20,000 nucleotides of DNA from Catajapyx aquilonaris. Lineage: Eukaryota. The position numbers and the translations under genes are program-made. The notes under the pieces were generated by a model. That model was not told the origin of the DNA. It worked only from the letters and a program-made list of their open reading frames with translations, and did not search any database. The first letter of the stretch is position 1, and each line of letters opens with the position of its first letter. Shown in pieces: positions 11,761 through 20,000 of this stretch. The stretch is taken from positions 179,297-199,296 of the forward strand of contig KZ538096.1 of assembly GCA_000934665.2 (NCBI GenBank), written 5' to 3'.

Positions 11761-12636
11761 CCATGTTTCCATCGTCTAATTGACTGTTGGATCAGCTGTT
11801 CCTTATGGTACGGCGCGGCGCTGTTTGCACGTTGCCAAACAGCTAGAATTTTTTCTGACGCATTCCTTAACTACGAATGACCTCCCGTGCCATTATTTTA
11901 TATCGGAAAACTCTGCCTGTTCTCCCGATATTAATGGTGTTGTTTAATGCCAGTCGCAGCTTTCATTTGGTAGTTCATTATTCGTGACACATCCATGGAT
12001 ATTTTTGAACCTCTTGTTCCATTCCAATTAACTAAAGTGTAGCCTACGTTTTGCTTTAAGGGCCAGTTGCACCAGCGAAAGATTCAGGCGCAAATCTGCT
12101 CTCCGAATCGCATAAGTGTGAACCCTTTTTGGATATTCATCCGCCGAAAGTTGTGCCCACCATGCCGGGCCTTACCGCTTCTCACAACAAAATGTGCAGT
12201 TTGTGTAGCACTGCAGCTACCGCATGGGCTGCCCATGATAATAGGCATTGGCATTACATGTACCGGCACTGTTTCTTCGAAAATCCAGCGATACCGGGGA
12301 CTAATTTTGCGCGGCTCACTCCCTCAGGCGTATGCATACCCGAAACGGTTCAGACTTGCGAATCAGAGAGTAGCCTACCCTTGACATTAACTGTTGGCAA
12401 TGATGAACTAACAGTAGTTGCTAACAAAAATATTTAGAATTCGACTATTTCGGCAAGAATATCTCCAGCTGTCGTTTCAGGTGATATGAATTAGAGAAAT
12501 ACTGTTACTTTCATAGTTATCAATGTAAAGCTGCTGGCCTACATTGAAACCTGATGAGATGACAATTTAGCAGTAACTGGTGAAAGTACACTAAAGGAGT
12601 TACAATCATTGCAAAGCGTGACAATCAGCTTTATAA

Positions 12637-12684
12637 GCAAAAATATTGGGTTTTGTTGGCGACAATACAGACTTTTTCTTATAT
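12637..12684 (+). repeat. Dispersed repeat, probable retroelement 3' end (copy 2, inverted relative to copy 1)
   Basis: GCAAAAATATTGGGTTTTGTTGGCGACAATACAGACTTTTTCTTATAT is 47/48 identical to the reverse complement of 11458-11505 and is followed by an AT-rich run. Confidence 0.8.
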
Positions 12685-13051
12685 AATATATAGATACAGG
12701 GGTCAATATTTTACTAGGAATTTACAATTCATTTGGACACCAGGAAAAGATTGGAAGTAGCACAGGATTTTGTTTTAATTTTTCTAGTAACATTTTTGGT
12801 AAACTATCTGAGACCCAGTTTATTGAATTGCATCTTGTTTACAAATATTTGCATATAAATCCATTGTAATATCCCGTGCTTTACTGTGCAAAATGTAGTC
12901 TATTATTTTTGAAGTCATTGATTTTATTAAACACAACTGTACTCCCGATTATCCGCGGGATAATGACTGCACGGGTGTTGCCGGATAATCAGAAAACACG
13001 GGAAATGGTCCTAGACATCGTAAAAAATGAGATATTCACGTTTTTAATGTA

Positions 13052-13131
13052 CTATCGGTCACAAAAAGTTGTGGCCACACATTACATGCTCCAGTAACGT
13101 GCAAGTGGCCACAACTTTTTGCGACAGACGG
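13052..13131. mobile_element. 80-bp Tc1-like mini-MITE nested in the pogo-like MITE
   Basis: TA|CTATCGGTCACAAAAAGTTGTGGCCAC...GTGGCCACAACTTTTTGCGACAGACGG|TA. The 27-bp inverted arms have 4 mismatches, and TA lies on both sides. Confidence 0.75.
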
Positions 13132-13261
13132 TACTACCCGGTACGATACTATAGAGGGTATGCTACTTGGTTGAATTAAAATAATAAAACTTAGCATAGA
13201 TTTTTGTGTTCTAGAAAGAGTCTGTTATATTTTCGTCGGCGAGACATAGTGACAGTCGGTC

Positions 13262-13345
13262 GAATTTCGTCCCACTGCTACAGTAGTTACTGCTAACTTA
13301 GCAGTACCAGTGTCAGCAGTATCTATAGCAATGGGACGAAAATTC
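13262..13345. repeat. Internal inverted repeat
   Basis: GAATTTCGTCCCACTGCTACAG pairs with CTATAGCAATGGGACGAAAATTC. The loop contains a second hairpin, TACTGCTAA-C-TTAGCAGTA. Confidence 0.8.
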
Positions 13346-16300
13346 AAAACATTTTTTCGGACATTCATTTGAAATTAAATTTTTTGGCCACGCACAGATA
13401 ATCCGAACCCGGATAATCGGGAGTACAGTGTATTACATAAATTTAAAGAAAATATGTTCTTAAAAATTGGGATTAATCAGCCATTGCTTATTAGCATATT
13501 AATATCCCTGCACTGCAGCTTGCATGTATATTCAAAAATTCGATCCTCGTCTCGGTAGATTGTCACTCTTTTGAGAGTAACCGGTGAAATATTGGATTCA
13601 TTACTGTTATACTACTTACTGCCTTTTTGTGAGTGAATGCTTGTGATGGTACCATTCTACTCTATAGTACACCCATCACGTGTGTGTGTGTCCAAAATCA
13701 TAATGTAATAACCTTGGTTATAAAAATCCACTGCTTAAAAATAAAAAGTATAAACCGTAATATGTTATGACTAGTTGACATCAATTTGGTGCTTCCGATT
13801 TACCGCACTGCAAATTAATAGAGCCCACCGTTTATATTCGCACACGTTTTAATATTGCAACTAAATATTAGGGTGGACCAACCCTATATTGTAAATGTTT
13901 CATCGGCCCCAAACCACAATAATGGTGCAATAATGATCGCTTTTGACATCGAAGTACCGGTACTTAGAACCGCTAATGTGTGTTCTCTTAGACAAAATAC
14001 TCGACTGTTTATTTTTAAAACCAATGCCAATGATAAAAGACCTCGTGTAAATTTTTTTCTCCCTTGATCTCACAGACTCAGCCCGCCCATCTTGTGACCT
14101 TGCTAGTGTCATATGCGAGACGCGTGTCCGTTTACCATGTCGCACTCTACACAAGTTTTTGTTTAACGCAGTAGCCATTCGACATATGCCATACGCAATA
14201 TTGCCATAACCTGTTCAGATTGATGACTTTCTAAGAGGCTGACATGTTCATTGGTTATTGTCAGCTACTTGATCAAGCCGGATAATGACCGGCAGCATTA
14301 ATGAGCTGCAAATTGGAGAATCCGCATAGGGTGCTGACAAACATCCGAACGTGGAATAGAAATATAAATAAAAAAAGGGGTAGGCAAGCTGTAGACATGG
14401 GCAATGACAGGGCCGCCAGTGATGATGGCAAAAGTCCTGCGCGTCAGCGTTTCTTTCTTGCCGGCTCGTGAAAAGGAAAAGAAAGTCAGGCTCTTGGTCA
14501 GAGTCATCTTTAACAAGGCTTTGAGAGCTTTATCATAACGCCGAGCCCTTTCAGTTTAATCTGGAGTTCAATTCATCAAACCTTCAACAAGAACTGGGTG
14601 CAACTCGGGCCCGAGTTCCCCAAACTTCTCCGGGGCTCTGTCTACAGCTGTTCGCCAAAGCTGGTTCCATTTTTTCCTTCACGCAACCGAGCAGAATAAT
14701 TCTACCATCAGCAAGACAGAACGATTAATCTCGCTCGGCAAAAGGGCTCGCTTCAGCCTGCCGTCAGAACCAAGAAACCTTCCCTGAATTGCATGTAGGC
14801 TTGGGGTAATGCGTTTAACGACTACACGTCCAAGACGTTACAGTCTGGTGTATATTGTAATATTACATGTAGATATGTATAGGGTGACAATTTATGTGGG
14901 GTAGTGTGTCCTTGGCTTGATTCCTCAACGGGATGTGTTTGTCAACGAGCGATCACTCGTCCCTTTTTGTCTTACGGGGATCTGCTCGTCATTCCCTTGT
15001 CGGTGGTGACGATTCCTGCCCTCTTTGTTTTCGCGTCAATCATCCCCATGTAGAGTCAGCGACACGTTGTCAAACCCATGCTTATTTTAAATCACATCCC
15101 ATCAGCCTCGAGGACAGATTGGCCCGCCTGTGAAAGCCATGGAATGTAAATCTTGTACGTATTGCGGCCGTGAATTCGATCTCCCTCCAGTATACCCTCC
15201 AGCACATCCCCCCCCCCCTCCCCATACATTCAACCCAGCCCAAAACTTCTTCCTTCAATGTGTTATCACCACGGAAACCATTTTTAATATGGCCTTTTCA
15301 GGCCGCCTGACAAGCCTCCCCATGTGGAAATGTGCGGACATGCCGAACAATACATATAGGCCGCTATGCTGGGCCTTCACGCATCATCTGACACCTCAGC
15401 TGTGGTCCATTCACTGCCAACCGCCATCAATTTCCACACGAGCTACACTCTGCACATATTTCGCGCTTGCCAAATCAAAACCGCTGCTCTCTGACACACA
15501 TTGCTGGATCTGGCCACCCTGCTCGAACCACCTCTGCACACCCTGCTCTGGTCACCACCGTGGAAAAACGGACTGATTGACTCCCAGGCCTAGTCAGTTT
15601 GTCCCCAAAAGAGATGCCATCATCTCATGATCACCACATAGAAGCAGAACACGTCTCAATTACTAGTCAGCGGAACAGGCTGTAAATCCGTCGTAAAATC
15701 CCTCTAGTCCAGATAAAAGGACGACAGGGGTATTCAGTTTCTCCTTCGTTAGCTTGGGAAAGTTACAGTACTTTTAACCCTCCCCTACCCTTCACCTGAG
15801 CCCAGTTACTCGGCCTGAAGTATTTATAGAGGACTAGTACAAGGGTGCCATAAAAGTGTCCGAGCTAAAGGCAATGGACACGGCATATGGTCAGCTTCCC
15901 AGTCCCCACGGTTTTTATGAGGGTTTGATGGCCGAGTGCTGCCCTCCGCAATCAGGTAGACCACCAAAAAGATGGATTCCCACTTCATAATGGCCCGTGA
16001 AACACTTTCTTCAGAAGGGGGGGAGACCACCAAAGCACGCTCCACCCGCATCAAAAATCAGCTGTACAGGTACGACAAAGGGTGGCGGCTGTGGACTTAC
16101 TTTTTTGCCGCTCTCGGGTTTTAACAATGGCCCAGTAGCAGTTGTAATCGTTATTGCGTGTCAGATCATGACATGTCGCTTCGATGATCAATCAGAATAA
16201 CTGATTACCGCAGTGGTTCAAAGTCGCTGTGGTATAAATAATTAACGTTTCGTCGAACGGGCATCAGCAACAGTTGCACGAGAGCAGTGTCTATTGTGCG

Positions 16301-16809
16301 ACCTGTTCGATACGACTATATTTCCCCCCTTTGTCACAACAACCCCCCTTCCAACAAGAGAGCTAGTAGCCTCACTTCTCTTGTGCACTCGTTAGTAATG
16401 ATGACAACTTGTTGGATCGCCCACTATATGGAAGGCTCAGGTGCACAATAAACCAGGTTGCATCGGTGACTAATTATCCTGCCATTTTGCATTGTAGTGT
16501 GGCATGTGACCTCTACGGCCTGGATGCTGGTGGCACTGTTCCATGCCATATTAACTGCTCAAACTTTGGGTGATCGCAATTTAATTGTATACAAATTTAA
16601 GTGTAATTACACCGAGAATTATGGCGGAGATTGCGTACTCGTGGTTTGTCAGGAACGCAATTTTCTCTTCACAAAATGAACTCGAGATTGACGTGGAGGA
16701 GAACTCGCCCTTCGCGTTTCTGGGACAGACATTTCTCTTGAACCAGTGTTTGGGGCAGCTAGCGTGATTTGAGAAATGCCTGTCCTCATTTTTGAGCACA
16801 CAAGATGTG

Positions 16810-17154
16810 TGAAAGGAAGGCTTGAAACATATACCTGACTTTGCTTGTTAGGATGTCAGTCATTACACCGTGTATAAATCTGAAGAGGTTGCATAGGACA
16901 GTATGGCGTTTTAAATAGTAAGCTTTCATTTGCGTGATTTCTGCACTGAAAAGGATAGGTTTGAAGAGAGACATTGTTGCATATAACTTACCAATATTTG
17001 TGCTCTGAATAGGCGCTGGTATTTGTAAAAGAAGGTTTTTATACTCACAGACACGTTTTGTGCAAGGGGTTCATAAGGATTATTTACACGCAGGAAAGAG
17101 CCTATACCGTTATAGTCATGAGACGAAGGAATAGGTTTAACTAAGAGTGCTCAA
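16810..17154 (+). pseudogene. Probable decayed SWIM-zinc-finger-type accessory ORF of a DNA transposon (ISL2EU/Kolobok-like)
   Basis: Manual translation across stops and frameshifts gives *KEGLKHIPDFAC*DVSHY (from 16810), ALVFVKEGF...HVLCKGFIRIIYTQERAYTVIVM (from 17013) and then DEGIGLTKSAQ. The block order recalls the W..L..LP.F...DI..Y / GY.FF.EG.V / Y.V.V....G.I..A.CxC pattern upstream of such SWIM fingers. The CxC...CxH itself is missing. Recognition is from memory only. Confidence 0.4.
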
Positions 17155-17521
17155 AACAGCCTTATGAACCGCTCAAACTGTCACCAACATTCAAAAACAC
17201 ATGGTGTTTGTGTGCAATAGTAATTCAAGATATTTGCTATCATATGGCCATGTTGAATGGGGAGGGTGGGGATTTTTGGAACATTTTAATAGATAAATGC
17301 GCCAGAAGAAGCCTATAACACTGGGAGTTCTATTCAACACTGATGCCGTAAATACCTTGGTTAATACTTACCTTCCATAACAATATACTAGAATATTATT
17401 TTGAAAGTAGGGCGGCTTAGTTTTCATATACATTGGCATAGTGTAGATATGCATTTGAAAAGTCACATCTGTCATAAAACCATTACTCGTTAATCCTAAC
17501 GAGAAATATATAGGGCCTATA

Positions 17522-17540
17522 CAGGGTGTTTGGAGAATAT
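17522..17540 (+). mobile_element. Orphan Tc1/mariner-type TIR
   Basis: TA|CAGGGTGTT matches the start of the MITE at 10408. No partner TIR was found downstream. Confidence 0.4.
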
Positions 17541-18775
17541 TATACCGGCGTGATACAGGCGAAATGTCCCCACAGGCATTTTGTCGCAAATATTATGGCT
17601 GAAGGGCTACAGCCACACGAAAATTGGGCTTTAATAGCGATTTTGGCAAGTGGGTATTTGTCCAGACGTATAGACGTGAAGACCAGTAAGAACAGAGACA
17701 TGGCTCACTTTGACACATGATTACGTATCGGAATGATTCAAATTAAATAACATGGAGATCATATCCTCCGGCTTGATGCACATGACTCTTATTTCACACG
17801 GAGTAGGCCGCAAACGTCTCCTTTAGAAGTGAGTAGTAGCGAAAAAAACCAACAAAATAGCATGATCAGCATAATTCTGATTTGGTGATATAATGCAAGT
17901 GCAGAATATTAAGGGAGGAAATGGAAACAGGACGCTGTCCTTCCGAAGTCCCAAATTCAAGAAAAGAATAGGGAAAATAAATTTATGGATAATTGACCTC
18001 AGAATCCGCACTAAAGAGAAACAAACCCGTTGAAAGTAACAATCATGGTTCATATTCTCTCATCTTTAACAGATTAATGGAGCCATTGACAGTCCTCTTT
18101 TGCCAAGAGAAAAGGTGTTACTCCCACATTTCATACAGCGCAGCGGTATGGCTCGAGTGAGGTAAATTTCTTTGACCTTTGGATCAGCTATTCGAAACTT
18201 TTCGGTACATGGGTGGATATTCCCAAAGCTGCGTTAAGCAAAAGTGAGCATTAATTTTATTGTCAGCAAGTGAAGCAGATGATTGTTGTGAATTCATTTT
18301 AAAAATGTGTAGCAGTTTGCAACTGCATTCTGGGCCTAGAGCAATGGTCCAGAAATAGGACAAAAAACTATACAGTATTTTATATTGGAATACACATTTG
18401 TGGTGAATGCCGGATGAAGAATAAAATAATCCTGACGAGAAAAAAGCCCTGTATATATATTTGGAGCCAGAAATGACCCATAAATCCTACTAAAGGGAAA
18501 AATTAATTATGACTTCAAAAGATATTTTAACGCTATTTCGAGTGAAAATTTATTTTTACGTCCTTCCATATATTCACTCAAAATTTATTTTCAAAATCAA
18601 AAATCTGGCCTGTTATCATAATGCGTCGATTCCGTATTTGCGCTGCTGATGACAAACCGTGTTTTGCTACACATTAATTTAATAAAAATATCAAAGAAAC
18701 ACCCCAAATATTTTTGATGCCCATTCAAAAAATATGGAAACTGTCAAAATTCGCCAATTTTCAGTTTTAACATAG

Positions 18776-18948
18776 AGCCACGTTACACGGCAGTTTTGTA
18801 GCGCTTTTCAGGGAACCGCTTCGCGTAGAGCGATCCATCGCTGTCGTGTAACTTGTGCTAAAGCGCTTCAAAACTCGAGGCGACGTTCGCTAGCGCTTTA
18901 CAATAAACTACCTTATAAGCCACGTTACACAGCAGTTTTGTAGCGCTT
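18776..18948. repeat. 31-bp direct repeat pair with an internal inverted copy; probable Harbinger-type MITE ends
   Basis: AGCCACGTTACAC(G/A)GCAGTTTTGTAGCGCTT at 18776-18806 and 18918-18948 (1 mismatch). A degenerate inverted copy CTGTCGTGTAACTTGTGCT lies at 18841-18859. Confidence 0.7.
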
Positions 18949-19025
18949 CCCTTTAAACCACGTTAATTCTGAGAGTTTTCTGTAAGGAGTTACACGAGAG
19001 GCCTTGGAGCACCTTAGCCCATATC

Positions 19026-19616
19026 CCCCACTAAGTCGAACTTCCCTAAGTCGAAGTTCTCTATAAGTCGAAGAAAATGATGAGCTTGGTTGGTCACAAT
19101 GTAAAATAATAGGAAATAAACTTCCTTAACTCGAATTTGTATAACTCAAAGTTCTCCATAACTCGAAGTCCAGGCAGGGCCTTACGATGGGATATTGATG
19201 CATTTTCAGTCTCCCTAAGTCGAAGTTCATGTTGGCGAATACGGAAAATTGTCTCATTTCCCAGCCGAAGGGTCGAGAGTAGGCCACATGCACAGAAAGG
19301 CTCAATTTACTGATCTCCGTCTACCGGACCGAAAGAAGTGTTTGACTCGATTATGACAATTGAATCCTTGAATCTAAGAGTATGAAAAATAATGTCCATA
19401 ACGGAGTTTTTTTACAAAAAAAAACGAGGAACATTGTAAGTGTGATAGTGACAGTTATTTTTAAGTTTTGAACGCCTTTCGTCGCAGGAATTGAAGGTAG
19501 GTTTCCTTATAGATTTATGTGCTTAAAATTTTCCAAACTTCTCTAACTCGAATCTTCTATAACTCGGCGTTTGTTCCCAGTCCCATGGAGATTCGACTTA
19601 TATAGAAGTTTTACTG
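19026..19616. mobile_element. pogo/Tigger-like non-autonomous element with a damaged left terminus
   Basis: The right end GAGATTCGACTTATATAGAAGTTTTACTG|TA is a classic Tigger-type TIR. About nine subterminal TAA(G/C)TCGAA-like motifs (19032, 19047, 19064, 19127, 19142, 19159, 19216, 19544, 19560). The outermost CAGT of the left TIR is not seen. Confidence 0.85.
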
Positions 19617-20000
19617 TATTTGAAGAATGACAAAAAATACATTTCCGATAAAGAACATAATTATGAAAACATTTCGAAGTAGGCTACATCACACTATACC
19701 ACATCTGAGAATTTATGGGTCACACCGATCTCCAAAATATGGCCTGAAACTGCCACAATCACATGTTTCCACCATCATCCAATAGCCAGATGCCTCCTGC
19801 ATCCAATCAGTTGGCTTGAACATCCCCATACAAAAAAACCTAGCGAGAATGTCCGGTACTGACAGAACAGCCCGAGACGAAACTCAGTCCCCCCCCAAAA
19901 AAGTGTATACAAAAAAAAAACTTAGAGCTTGCAAGAAAGATGCAGATAGTTTGAGAAATCAATACTTGAGGAGTTGTGTAAGGGAGGGTAGAGGGGGGGG

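Larger units (their letters stand above)
12935..13430. mobile_element. pogo/Tigger-like MITE
   Basis: TIRs ACTGTACTCCCGATTATCCG (from 12936) / CGGATAATCGGGAGTACAGTG|TA (to 13430). Subterminal (C)GGATAATC-like repeats at both ends are typical of Tigger-type elements. The left TA is degraded. Confidence 0.85.

Noticed and set aside
12057..12074. Harbinger-like left end TAA|GGGCCAGTTGCACCA
   Set aside because: No matching right TIR or TSD was found. The similarity near 14597 is partial.
12067..12437. Overlapping ~100-aa ORFs in a GC-richer patch
   Set aside because: No recognisable domain in the frames translated and no clear splice context.
12551..12590. Hammerhead ribozyme core CTGATGA...GAAA
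   Set aside because: No stem II pairing between the motifs. Other CTGANGA sites checked (2441, 16881, 18432, 18646) also lack a correctly placed GAAA.
15130..15576. Longest ORF (148 aa, Cys/Pro-rich)
   Set aside because: GTG start, the Pro run comes from a poly-C tract, and the Cys/His spacing matches no zinc-finger family I recognise.
18145..18200. Weak box A / box B-like pair
   Set aside because: Both boxes deviate from consensus, and no cloverleaf or SINE core follows.
7841..18957. Kolobok-like TTAAAG / CCTTTAA ends (7841, about 18491, 18951) and a 14-bp shared word ATTTTCACTCGAAA (7316 versus inverted near 18536)
   Set aside because: No paired TIRs could be established and the matches are too short and AT-rich.
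1..20000. CRISPR array or prokaryotic defence/operon system
   Set aside because: No regularly spaced repeat-spacer series, no long ORFs, and the repeat content is typical of animal genomes.

Overview
Eukaryotic, most likely invertebrate animal, non-coding DNA (large intron or intergenic region). It is moderately AT-rich with no obvious CpG depletion. None of the short ORFs in the track resembles a recognisable intact protein. There is no prokaryotic gene organisation, CRISPR array, rRNA or intact tRNA. The explainable structure is a dense set of small non-autonomous transposons: TA-flanked Tc1/mariner/pogo-type MITEs (452-835, 2390-2585, 10408-10593, 12935-13430 with an 80-bp element nested inside, 19026-19616), a hAT/Charlie-type MITE with a perfect 8-bp TSD (2319-2796), PIF/Harbinger-type MITEs (8741-8867, probably 18776-18948), and two related tRNA-derived V-domain-like SINEs (about 11-322 and 11581-11760). 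There is also a probable decayed SWIM-type transposon accessory ORF (about 16810-17154). The most interesting observations are nested MITEs, SINEs sharing a head/core but with different 3' modules, an apparent excess of TA-(CWG or GSC)-TA words that look like excision footprints, and three speculative phase-compatible minus-strand exons. I do not see firm evidence for a new biological system.
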